A DNA stretch of 64,000 bases from Protoeuglena noctilucae (lineage: Eukaryota). Shown piece by piece: positions 25,901 to 37,366 of the stretch. The position numbers were made by a program, and so were the translations under genes. The stretch covers positions 434,001-498,000 of the forward strand of contig OY253683.1 of the NCBI GenBank assembly GCA_958009085.1, read 5' to 3'. Below the pieces are notes generated by a model. It searched no databases and was not told the origin of the DNA. It saw only the letters and a list, made by a program, of their open reading frames with translations. Each line of letters opens with the position of its first letter. Position 1 is the first letter of the stretch.

Positions 25901-28593
25901 GCGGACGCTGACAGCCACGTCCAACAACGACTGCACGCTGGTCCTCCTGAGCGGCCAGGAAGGGGCCAACGAGCACGAGGCGTCGTCCATGGGGATGCCC
26001 GCGGGCAGCGACAAGGGCTCTGAGGGTGCCGTGGTGGTGCGGTTGCCGCCCGCCAACCACGCCAATGAGGTAGGCGCAATGCATTGTCCACGTTTCATGC
26101 ACTGCGTTTGCAAGTGTTACAAGTGACGGTATGGGGTCTCACGGCTGGCTGCAATGCCTCCGCAGGCCTACGCCAGCCCCAAGACCCCTGGGTCGGCGGT
26201 GAGCTATGGAGGCCGTGCGCCATCCACGCCGCCTTCGCCGTCACCGGCACCAGCACCAGCAGCGGCTCACTCCAACGGCACGCCGCGCATCGCCAGCGCG
26301 AGTTCTGTGCGCGAGCCTCGGCCTGCCGACCGCTCGGCTGAGCCTCCCATGCGCTTCCATTCTCTGGCTGGCGCGTCATCGTCGTTATCAGAGGAGGATC
26401 TCGAGGACGTCCTCCTCCTCGCGACGCCTGACAAGACAGCAGAGGCGGCCAAGAGAGCCAGTGCGCGGGACCGGAATGAGCTCCTCCCCGTGTCGCCCAC
26501 CGGTTCCGTCAGCAGCTCGGGCTCCCCGGAGGTCGCGAAGAAGAGCGGGCCAGGTGAGGAGGCAGGTGGCGGGGTCGCAGCAGAGGAGCAACTGGGCTAC
26601 ACTTGTCGCCGCCGTGATGCCAGCGTTGGCTATGCTCGTATGCTGTAGTCAACAGATCTGGCTGTGCTTGCAGAGGCTCGTGCCGGAGCTGCTGCGGGGC
26701 GTGGGCCCAGCGGCCTGGACAGGACGTACACGGCGCTGGAGCGCGATGATCTGTCCCTCGATTCCTTGGACGGCATCCAGCTAACCGACGCTCCCGAGGC
26801 TGAGCCCGCCCACGCGTCGCCCCCTCCGCCCGCGCACGCCTCCCCGTCCCCTTCAGCGGCACAGGTTGGGCAAGCGGGAACCACCACACCCTCTAGCAAC
26901 GGCCCCAAAAAAACAGCTGCAGAGGAGGATCTGTCCGACTCTGGCTCGCTGCTGGAGATCCCATCGCTTCGCGGGGCTGCCGACGGGCAAGGCTCGGAGT
27001 CCGGCTCACTGCCAGACATCCCGTCCCTGCGTGGGGATGGAGACCTGGACCGTGCGTCCGAGACGGGGAGCGAGGCGTCGGCGGAGTCGGGCAGCGGGGA
27101 GAGGGACGTGCTGGACCTGCCTCTGTTCGACATCGGCAGTGCCGGCGTGGAGGGCCGGGACGAGGGCGCGCAGGGTGGCAAGCCCCAGCATAGCCGCGCC
27201 GGGGCGGACGTCACCCCGAGGCAAGCGAGCACCGTCTCTGCGGCTAGCGACTCCGGCAACAAGCCGCGGGGGCTGGGAGGGCTGGAAGCGATGCTTGCGT
27301 CGTTCGGGGAGGAAGAGCAGGAGGAGGACGCTCCTTCTCCTGCCGTGCACCCGACGAGAGTGTCCGTCGAGGCATCGAGCCCCGTCGTACCGGACCGGCG
27401 CGGGGAAACCGGGGCCTTCGTCGCGAGCGGGGGTGGTAAGTGGGAGGCGGTGCCGTGGGCGGGGAGCGGGGGAGAGGCCGAGGACAGCCGAGGGTCGCTG
27501 GGGTCGTCGTGGAGGCGGGAACGGGGCGAGGATGGGCGTGGTGACGTGGAGGCGGAGGACTCCACTCGAGGAGACGCCCTCGCCGTGGATGTCAGTGGAT
27601 ATGGGCCCGTCAGCCCCGCCCTCACGAGCCCGGCGAACGTGATGTCGACCGGCACGACGGCCATGGTGGGGGACGCGATTCGTGAGACCGGTGAGCGGCG
27701 CGACTGGCCTGTGCAAGCGCACCGCGTTTGGGCCCATGATGAGAGCACATGGGCATGCTGAGGGCTTGCGTGCCTCCCTGTGCTGTGCAGTCCAGGGCTC
27801 GCTGATGCCGGGAGACATCGACTCCGATACGTCCGGGTCCGACTCTGAAGGCTCCGACACAGACGAAGACGCAGAGCTGGAGCTGGAGATGCTGCCAGAC
27901 GAGGATGACGACGCGAGGGGCAGCTGGGGGTCGCGCCCGGTCGCGGGCGGTGGGGCCGCGGGAGGTGGCCCGGCGCAGACCGCTCCGCGCCAGCCGCACG
28001 CGAACGTGAGCGCCGCGCGGCGCCAAGGGCTCGGCTGGGGAGAGGCGGCGTCGGACAGCGGAAGCAGCGTGGAGAGGCCGCCGGGCGGGGATGGCATTCC
28101 CGAGCTGCCCACTCGCGATGCGGTCGCGAGCCGGGGCGGCGCTGACGCCGGGGGCGCGTGGGGCGAGGGCAGGGGCGGGGGGGCGGCCTGGGGCGAGGCC
28201 GGAGGGGCGAGGGGCGCCCGGTCGGGCTTGGCTGCGCAGCCGCCCGCGAGCGATATGGTGATCGACTTGGAGGAGGTGGACATGAGCTCGTCGGATTCTG
28301 AGCCGGGTGCAAGGGCCCGCATGCAGCCGCCTCCGCCTCCGACGGCGTTCCAGAGCGCGCGGTCGGCGCAGCCTGCGCCCCCCTCGGCGCAGCAGCCCGT
28401 GAGCGACGACAGCGAGGAGTTCGCAGACGCAGCGTCCGCATTTGACAATCCGTTCCGGGACGTGCCGATCGACGAGCTGATGCAGGAGCGCAACGCCCTC
28501 CTGCGTCTGGTGGGCTCGGGCGACCCGGCGGAGGAGGCGATGGCGGAGGACACGATCCAGCGCATCGACCACGAGCTCTCCCTGCGGCGCTGA
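22916..28593 (+). CDS. Large protein with N-terminal coiled-coil and C-terminal acidic/Ser-Pro-rich disordered region
   Basis: Exons chain in frame from MSWGTSLDAILDDARKHLGLS through heptad-rich exons to ...IQRIDHELSLRR*. No family recognised. Confidence 0.6.
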
Positions 28594-29005
28594 GTCGAGC
28601 ATTCCGTCGTTCCCGCCCTCTCGCCGCGGCCGCTGGTGCTGACTTTCTGTTTCTGACACTTCACCGCGCCGGCCCGCCTCGCCCTCCTCGCCCTCCCGAG
28701 CGGGGCGTTGCACAGTCGTCCGGGTTTGAAATTTTCTGCACATCGCGGTGCTCTGCGACATCGGATCGTTCGTGTCGCGAGGAGCGATCGCCCAGCCGCA
28801 GGTAAATGGGCGGGCGCCGGCGGGGCGATCGGGCCCCGGAGCAGGCGGGGCACGGCACGTCGTCTCCGTTAAAGCGCGCGAGGCGTTTCCTGCGGGCGGG
28901 GGGCGGCCTCCCGCGCGAGATACAACCCTCCCTCCCCCGACGCAAAACGGTGGCCCCGCCCCCGCACGCAGGATCTCGTCCGCCCGCGGCACGCCCGCGT
29001 CGAAA

Positions 29006-32000
29006 ATGGGCGCCGGCGGTGATGGTTCGAGGGGCCTGAAGCGCGCGAAGAACCAGGGGAGCTGGACCGAGCTCGCGTCGAAGGTGGGCAGGCCTGGGCC
29101 AACACCGGGCCTGATGCACGCGCCCCCGCCGAGCAGCAGCCCGCCGTGCGCGCCGCCGCGCGTTTTCTTCGGTCCCGCACCCCGTGTCCCCGCGTCCGGG
29201 GGGCCCGGTGGCCCCCCCGGGCAGCGGAAAAAGATTCTGCATGCGTCGTTCAAAGAGCGGCTGCTGGACGGAACGGGCAGGCCGCCGCATCGCGCGCACC
29301 CTGCGCCGCCCCGCCCCGCCTGCAGGTGAAGGACGACATCAAGGTCCTGCGCAACATCTGGTTCAAGAAGTTGGCCGACGGGGACCATGCCAAGCGGCTG
29401 GAGGAGTTCTATGCCCCCCAGGCGGAGGCATGTGAGGGCGCGCTGCGGAGCGTGCCGCCTGCGGTGCTTTTGTGACGATCTTCGCGCGGCGCAGGCGCGC
29501 TGCGGTTACTCCGGCGCGGGATCTCGCCCGCGCCCCCGCCGGCGGACGGGGGCGGGCGGGCGAAGCTGGCGCGGGGGCCCCGCGCGCCCCGCCCAGGCGC
29601 CGCGGCCCTGCGCGTGCGCAACGTTTTCCCGTACTTGTGCCCACGAACTGCGAGGATCCTCGGCCCGCGGCCGGCCGGCCGCCTGACCGTGGGTGGATGG
29701 AGGTGCGATGGAACGTGTCCCCTGCGCGGCCCCTGCAGATGACAAGTTCCGGGAGCACTTCCTGTGGGGCAGGAGGCCGCTGCTGGCGGCCCTGGCTGCG
29801 CGCCTCGCCGGCCGCAAGGACCTGGTGTGGGTGGACCTGGGCGGGGGCACGGGCGAGAACGTGCGCATGATGCTTGAGGAGTACATGGCTCCCAGCGCCT
29901 TCAAGAAGATCTACATCGTCGATCTGTGCCACTCGCTCTGCGAGCAGGCCAAGGTGCGTTTGGGTGGCCACCTCGGATGCTGACCCCCGCGACCCTGCTG
30001 TGGTCTGTGCGGCCTTGCATCTCCTGTGCCACCATGCAAGCTCCCTCGCCGCTGCGTCCCGCCCGCAGAAGAAGGTCAAGGCGCACGGGTGGAAGAACGT
30101 GGAGGTGGTGGAGGGCGACGCGTGCACGTTCGTGCCGCCCGGGGGCCTTCAGGCGGACGTGGTGTCCTTCTCCTACTCCCTGACGATGATCCCGCCCTTC
30201 CACTCGGCCATCGACGCGGGCAACAGCTACCTCAAGGATGACGGGTTCATGGGCGTCGCTGACTTCTACGTGTCGTCCAAGTACGACCTCCCCATGCGCC
30301 AGATGCCCTGGCACCGCCGCTTCTTCTGGAGGTCCATCTTCGACACCGGTGAGCGCCGACGCCGACGCGGAACTCCGCGGCTCGCTCGCCGCCCCGCCCG
30401 CCCCGCCCCGCCCGCCCTTCTTTGACCGCCCCGCCCGCCCGCGCACCGCCCGCAGACAACATTGACATCGGCCCCGAGCGCCGCCACTACCTGGACCACC
30501 ACATGCACCGGCTGTACGAGTTCAACTCCCAGGGCCCCATCCCGTACGTCCCGTACCTGCGCGCGCCCTGGTACATCTGGATCGGCCGCAAGAAGACGAC
30601 CGCGGAGCTGATGGGGGTGGAGGTGGAGGAGAAGGTGGAGGCCCCGCCGCTGTTCCCGCCCACGTTCCTCTACAGCCAGTCGTGGGAAGACCCCGCGCCG
30701 GACATGGAGGTGCTGAACATCAACGACAAGGACGTGTGCCTGACGCTGACGTCGGGCGGGTGCAACACGCTCAACCTGGCCCTGCACGGCGCCAAGGTGG
30801 TGTCGGTGGACTGCAACCCGGCGCAGACGGCGCTCCTGGAGCTCAAGATGGTGGCGATCAAGCAGCTGCCGTACGAGCTGGTGTGGAAGATGTTTGGGGA
30901 GGGCGTGCTGCCGGAGATCGACGAGGTGTACCACAAGCGGCTGGCGCCCTGGATGAGCGAGACGAGCCGCAACTTCTGGGACTCGCGCCTGCGGTACTTC
31001 AAGCAGGGGCTCTACTACCAGGGCGGCATGGGCGCCCTGGTGTACTTCTGGAGCTGGATGCAGGCAAGGGGCCAGCGAGCGGCCGGCCGCTGCGGGTCGA
31101 CACGCTCTGCAGCAGCACTCAGCCATGACTCGCTCGATCGTTCAAGATCTCGACACACATTGCCCCCTGCCCCTGCGCGCAGGTGCTGCTGTTCTGCAAG
31201 GGCCGTGTGCAGGAGCTGGTGTCGGCGCCCACGCTCGAGGACCAGCGCAGGATCTGGAACAGCTACTGGATCGTCCGCGTGCTGGTGAGCCCCCGCGCAG
31301 CTTCGACGAGCGCCCGCTTGGCAAGCCCCACGTGAAATGTGAGGCAGCCTGTCGCTGCACGTGCCCGCCTGTCACACGTGACACCCTGCCCGGCGCCCCC
31401 CGCAGACGTCCTGGCCCCGCTTCATCATCGCGCTGATCAGCAACGTGCTGAGCCTCGTGTTCCTCAACCGCTTCGTGATGTGGTACGGCGGCGGCGTCCC
31501 GCTCAAGCAGCTCGAGTGCATCAAGCGCGACGGCGTGCACATCGCCGAGTACGTCGGCCGCACCTTCCACGGCGCGGCGCTCTACTCGCACCTCAAGACG
31601 GACAACTACTTCTACCTCAACTGCATGCTGGGGCGCTTCACCAAGGAGTGCTGCCCCGCGTACCTGAAGGAGGAGAACTTCAAGCGCCTCAAGGCCGGCC
31701 TGGTGAACAACGTGACGGCCGCCAGCAACTTCTTCGTCCCCGAGCTCCGCAAGCGCCAGTACACCAAGGCCATCATCATGGACCACGCCGACTGGCTTTG
31801 CACCGACAAGCAGATGGAGCTCGTCACGGCCCTGCGCGACTGCATCGCTCCCGGCGGCCGCGTCATCTGGCGCTCGGCCTCTCTTGAGCCGCCGTACGCC
31901 GCCATGATGGCCAAGAACGGCTTCACCGTCCGCTGCATCCAGCGCTTCGACCGCATGCCCGACACGCAGAACCTCTACATGGATCGCGTCAACATGTACG

Positions 32001-32032
32001 CCTCCTTCTACGTCGCCGAGCGCAAGGAGTGA
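29006..32032 (+). CDS. BTA1: Betaine lipid (DGTS) synthase, BtaB methyltransferase + BtaA/DUF3419 fusion
   Basis: HAKRLEEFYAPQA, FLWGRRPLLAA, WVDLGGGTGEN, FSYSLTMIPPFH, DNIDIGPERR, FLYSQSWED, TLTSGGCN, DCNPAQTALLELK, IMDHADW, MDRVNMYASF. These match my recollection of chlorophyte BTA1. Confidence 0.95.
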
Positions 32033-32783
32033 GCCGGGACCGCGCGGCCGGGGCCTGGCGCTCGCGATTCGGACCTCATGCTGCCGCTTGCCCTCAGCCT
32101 GCCCCGGGATGGCCCCGCCCAGGCCGGTGCAGTGCCAGGCCTCGCATGATGCCAGAGAGTCTGTCCTTTAGCTAGTGTGTGATCTAGGCGAGGGTCGACT
32201 GCCGTCGCGTGGGCGCGTTTGCCCAGGCACGCCCTTCGCGCCCCATGCCTGCCTGGCTGGCTCGAACACCAGGGGCCCCGCACGGCCAGACAGTCTGGGC
32301 TTTGCGTCCCTGTTGAGCGGGGCGCGACTTTTGCAAGCCTCGTCGTTTCAATGCGCGACGGTGCTCGTCAGAAGCTGTGCTACCGTGCCATGTCACGCAA
32401 TGAGGCATGAAGCAGCGGCCCTGCGACTTGGTGTGCAGGCCGCGCCCTTCCGCTGTCACAAGCCAGGCGCCAGAGCGACTCGCCAGGGCAGTCCCTGGCT
32501 GTGTTGTCGCCCTCGGCAACCATGGCTGTGCTAGCGGGCCTGCCGGGCGGCGACGGGGGCTGGCTTATGGTCCCTACCCAGAGAGCCGCAGCGCCCTACC
32601 ACGCATCCGCTTCCGGGGGACGAGGGCAGAACCCGGGGGAGGCATGGCTGACGCCACCAGCACGCGCACGGGGGCCGCGGGTGCACCTGGGTCGACGGGA
32701 CAGCCCAGCGCCAGGGCAGACCTGCCCCAGCGCCGGGCACCCCGCCTCTCAGCAGGGCCTCCCGCGGACCACCGGTGCCACGT

Positions 32784-32880
32784 GCTGGCGCGTCACGGGG
32801 CGCGCGCTTCTGGGAAAGATCGGCAGCGAGAGAGCCCAGGGCTTTCCTCTCGCCGCGTCATGCGGGGACGCGTGCCAGCC
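32784..32880 (-). promoter_or_regulatory. SECIS element (type II) in the SelH 3'UTR
   Basis: The minus strand reads AUGAC-GCGGCGAGAG-G-AAA-GCC-CUG-GGC-U-CUCUCGCUGC-CGAU (core 32861-32819). It has a UGAC/CGAU non-Watson-Crick quartet, a 10-11 bp upper helix, an AAA bulge and an apical mini-stem. A lower helix gcugg..cgcguc / gacgcg.ccagc is possible. Confidence 0.9.
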
Positions 32881-32968
32881 GGGCGTGGCCAGTCAGGGCG
32901 GGGCGAGTTCGACTCGTCGACCCCACCTCGCCTGGCCACGCTGTGCCGCCGCCGCCGGCCCGTGGACA

Positions 32969-33765
32969 TTACTTGCCAGAGATGATCTGCGACGACGCAG
33001 GGGGGGAGGAGGGTCAGGGCTCCTGGCAGGCGCAAGTTGCACAGCGTCACAAAGTGCTCCTCCACCGCAGCCTCGAGGCACCCAGCCGTCACCTTCTGAG
33101 CGAGGTCCTCGATGTCGAGCTCGCGCAGGAGTTTGAAGGGCCGTGGCATGCCGATGAGCGAGACAGCCGGCTCCGGCTGGCCCACCACGCGGACCTCAAA
33201 CGTCCCCTTGCGCGCCTTCTCAGGATTCATCACGACCTTGAAGCCGGCGGCCTTCAGGAGGCCCTCAAGCTTGGTTGCCCTCGTCCGAAACACTCCTCAG
33301 GAGGAGCACCGCTCAATATGCACCTCGCGGCCGGCCTGTGATGAACGCAAACTATCTTTTTCGCAGCTGGACTCGGAGTGGCGCTGTGTGCCGTCGAAAT
33401 ACGCTGCAAACCCACCTGGTCGCGGGTGGCGAGCGGGGCGACTTCGGGGGCGGCCTCGGACGTCTTCCCCGAACGCTGAGTCGTGCTCTTCTTTACGGCA
33501 CCCGACTTAACTGCAAGCACATTAGTGCGAGGAAGGTCTGGGCCTTCCGAATGTGGTCCCGCTGCGCGCTAGAATCCCCAGATACGCGCCATCCACAACT
33601 CGCTGGCCGCATCGCATCTGAAGCTCCTCGGGCTGCAGCATCGGACCCAGTACAAAAACGCCACCGATCATATTTATACATGCGTCGCGCTGCCTCACCG
33701 CCCAGCTCCTTGGAGGCCTTGGAGACCGCCGCAGCGGCCTTCGCCTTTGCGCCCTTCGCGGGCAT
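32969..33765 (-). CDS. SELENOH: Selenoprotein H (Rdx/SelTWH family), about 140 aa, in-frame UGA read as Sec
   Basis: Exons 33765-33699, 33510-33416, 33335-33093 and 32986-32969 give MPAKGAKAKAAAAVSKASKELGVKSGAVKK...REVHIERCSS-UGA-GVFRTRATKLEGLLKAAGFKVVMNPEKARKGTFEVRV...SLIGMPRPFKLLRELDIEDLAQKIISGK*. TGA at 33299-33297. Confidence 0.9.
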
Positions 33766-34038
33766 GATGGCAGCGATCACAGCGCGCCGATGGCACCCGA
33801 GATAGCTGGCTGGCAGCGAGATCCGCCTGCGTGCTATCATTTCCTGCCCTGACAGCAGCCAATGCTGTCAGGGATCTGCCAGGGAAGCCGCAGCGACGGG
33901 AAGAGCGTGACTTCCCGGCTCTAGATGTTGGAGATTTGCGGGCGCTGGGCCCGGGTCTCGCATATACCGTTCGTTTCCCCCCTTTTCCAGTTCTTCCTGG
34001 TGACGGATAGCCTCACCGTCGCGGCGGCGGCGCCAGCC

Positions 34039-36573
34039 ATGCCCCGGCCGCTGAATGAGGCGCAGCGGGAGCTGCATGAGTGCCGGGTCTGCCGGAGGCA
34101 GCTGAGGAGCGAAGGCATCGAGAGCAAGGCAGACTTCCGCCGTTGGGCTCGAACTCACCATCCGGACAAGGGAGGCAGCGTGCGCCATTTCCAGCATGTC
34201 GCCCACTGCGTTGGTGAGGCTCGCGTGGCGTGGCTCTCGTGGGCAAGCGCAGGGGGAGGCTGCAACGACTTGAGCACAGCCAGCCGGCCGTCATGGAGTG
34301 CTGGGGGTTTCCTTCTCCGGTCCCCACGTGACACATGAGCTATATATGTCCGAACTGGATACCCAGCTTCGACTGCCGCCCTATCCGAGGCCCCCCCCAG
34401 ACGCACACTCCCGAGGCGCAGCTCCCGCAGACGCTCCGGTTTGGCTAATTCTATGCGCGGGCCGAGCATCGACACTGTTACTACCATACTTGTCCTCCGC
34501 AGACCTGGTTTTCCGTGACCGCTGCGTCGGCGACGGCTGGGACGTGCTCGTGCCGGAGATGCAGGGCGTCCTGGAGGGCTGGTTCGCAGCCCGGGCCGCC
34601 CTGACTGTCGTGTCCTCCGCCACGCTTCCCTTCGCCATCGACTTGTGGCCGTACATGAGGGGCGCGTCGCCCCGCAGGCAGCCCACGGGGGCCAGCCACT
34701 CCCCTCCGCGCAGGGCGGGCTTTGGAGTCGGCTACCGCGTCCGGTGCCCGGGCATCGCTGTGCTGGGCCGGAAGCTTCCCATCGTGAGTGCCAGCGAGTG
34801 TCATTGATAGGCCTTTGGGGCTCAATGCGGTTGGCTCGTCTGCCGCCCGTGGCTCTCCACCCGCTCGTCCCACCATTGCCCTGCCCCACCTTCGCTCTGT
34901 CACACGGCCTCTGTCTCTCGCCCCTTGCAGTGTGAGGAGCTTGAGTGCGTGGTCGGCACCACGTACCAGGGCGACTCCCTGGACGTCGGCTCCGTCTCTG
35001 GCATCTGGCGCACGTCCCTGCCCAACGCCAAGCTCTTCTGCTCCGTCATGCCCCACTTCCGCCTCTTGGGCGGAGACGCGGACCCGCAGCCGCGGCCGCC
35101 ACGACCCGCCCCCTCCCGCCCCGCTGGTCCGGTGAGTCTCGGGCTTGCCAGCTTGGCGCCCTCCAGCCGTCGTGCCTGGCTGCGCCCATGCCCACACACA
35201 CGCGTGCTTTACCCTCATCTCCCTCGCAGCAGGGGGACGGGGCCTTTGCAAGTGGCGGCAGCGGCCGCCCCGGCCTCGCGATGCCGGCTGGTCCAAACCC
35301 CATTCCACGGGAGGCATCTGACGCTCCCGGGGCGTCAGACACGGGGGCTGACTGGGCCGTGGGGCCCTCAGTGACGGTGGGGGCGCGCATCCAGGCGGGT
35401 CCGGCGCATGTCAGCGTGGGGCTGCGGGCGGGAGCCGTGCTGGCGGCGCTTGCTCGTCTGGCGGGGCTGGGGGGCGCTGGGTGGGAGCCGGGCGGTGGGG
35501 GCGGCTGGGGCGACGGGGGCAAGGGTTCGGACCCGCTCAGGCTGGAGGGCGTCTGGGGCGGGCTGGCGCGGGCCGCTGTGCTGGGCGTCGGGCTGGAGTT
35601 CGCGCGTGGGGGGACCGGGGAGGTGGGTGTGGCTGGGCGCCCACGGGGGATGTCGGTTCTGGGGTGCGGGATGGACTTCCGTGGGAGCGAAGACTTTGAA
35701 GAGTTGGAGGGGGGCAAGTACGGGATCACGGTGATTGGGAAGCGAGGGGACCCGCTCGGGAGGGCGGCAGCGGAACCAGAGGGTGTGCGGGAGGGCGCAC
35801 ATGGGGTGGGGGAGCCTGACAGCGGCGCAGCGGGGGCGTCGCGCGAAAGCCCGCCGCTTGTGCGAGACGGCGGGCTCCGTTCGCTGCTCCGGCGGGTTCC
35901 TGGGGTGGGTCCGAGTGCGGCTGGGCTGGGGCAGGGCAGGGCCCGGCCACGCGAGGCAGTGCCACAGGGCCATCATAACGCATTGGGGTTGCTGTCGGGT
36001 GCCGTGTGGGGCAGGGCGGCATCGGAGGGCGTGCGGGGCGCGGTGGAGTCGGCGCGAGCGGCTGCGGAGCGTCTGCGTGGGGCGGGGCAGGGACTGGCGC
36101 GGTGGGTGCAAGCTGTGGCACAGAGCCGGCCGGGGGTGCGGGAGCAAGGGGCAGTGGGGACTGCGATCGGGGCTGACGGCGGCGGCGGAGGGGTCACGCG
36201 GGTAGCGCAGGCGAAAGACCGGATGTCACAGGGTGCAAGTCGCTCCGCAGCGCAACGTGGGGCATCAAAGCGCAGGGAGGGGTGGCCGGGCCACGCGCAT
36301 GGGGATCGCTTGGCGGGGTCAAGGTCAAGAGGCGAGTCGCGTGGGGAGAGCCGGAGTGAGAGCAAAGCCCGGGGTCCAGGGAGCGCCGCCAGTGAGGGGC
36401 CCGGGAACCCCTTGGGGCGGTTTGGGGATTTCCGTGTGCCAAACATCGACGATTTGATGGGGACGTTTTCGATGGGGGGGCAGGATGGGAGCGGGACGCG
36501 CGTGCCGCATGTAGTCCTGGGCCGGCAGGGCGTGGCAGCAGCCGTGGCAGGGGGGGGGCGGATGTGCCCATAA
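34039..36573 (+). CDS. J-domain-like (HPD) protein with long Gly/Ala-rich C-terminus
   Basis: Exon 1 ADFRRWARTHHPDKGGSVRHFQHV is followed by plausible spliced exons (34500-34785, 34931-35131, about 35230-36573). Internal structure is uncertain. Confidence 0.5.
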
Positions 36574-37366
36574 TGAGTCGGTTTGACTTTGAACGCCGGG
36601 CCGGTCGCTGCTGCGTGAATGTCTTCAATTGCCGTGGAAAGACAGGGCGCCTTTCCACGCTGATGCAAGCGGTGGCGCGCGTGTGAGAGGGCAGGCGTGG
36701 CAGTGTGCCCCGTAGATTGGTGGGGAATCGCCAGAGCGTGGCAGGGAAAGGGGAAGGGACTAGGACGCTGGCTCGCTATCAGCACTCATCGAAAAACACC
36801 CCAGGCAGCGGCGCTGGGGCGCTCGAGGGGGCTTGGCTATGAGCCTACATCATTGGGTGTTGGGTGTTGGGGTGTGGGGGTGATTGGGCTAGGCAAACGT
36901 GTCATGATCAGGGCTGCGATGGGGCCAGCGGGGGGCAGGAGGGGAATTGGGGGGGAAAGCGAAAAACGGCTTCATGCAGCAACGTGCAGGGAGGGTCGAC
37001 GGAAAGGCGCCTGGCATCGCCAGGCACTTGCGCCGCGCACGAGCGCGGCCAAGCATGCCCCGTCGACAATTAGAGCATGCTCGTCTTACGGAAGGTGCCC
37101 AGTCACTGGGCTGCCTCCTCCGCAGCAAACGGCCCCATCAGGTGAAGGGGGTGGCCTACAACACAACACTAGGGGCAGCATGAGCAAGGGGCGACGAAGC
37201 CAGCCGGCAGTGCCCATGCCCACCAACGCCCTTCGCACCCGCCTGGGGTTTTCCACTCGATACAATCAACTTCCTGCATCCCTTATCCCATCTAGATACT
37301 GACGGCGTCGGCCCTGGTGACCTCTGGTCGAAGTCATCCCGGCCCAGCCGCCCCATGCGCCGCTTA

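Noticed and set aside
26630..29388. Very long minus-strand ORFs (603, 615 and 588 aa)
   Set aside because: They are antisense shadows of the + strand coiled-coil gene and the BTA1 5' region. Stop codons are rare at this GC content and the translations are P/R/A low-complexity.
32407..32450. Second SECIS-like hairpin (ATGA followed by a stem) on the + strand
   Set aside because: It lacks the apical AA and the 3' GA core, and BTA1 upstream has no in-frame UGA.
33297..33299. Reading the in-frame TGA as a pseudogenising nonsense mutation
   Set aside because: It sits exactly at the CxxU position, the downstream coding is intact, and a SECIS is present.
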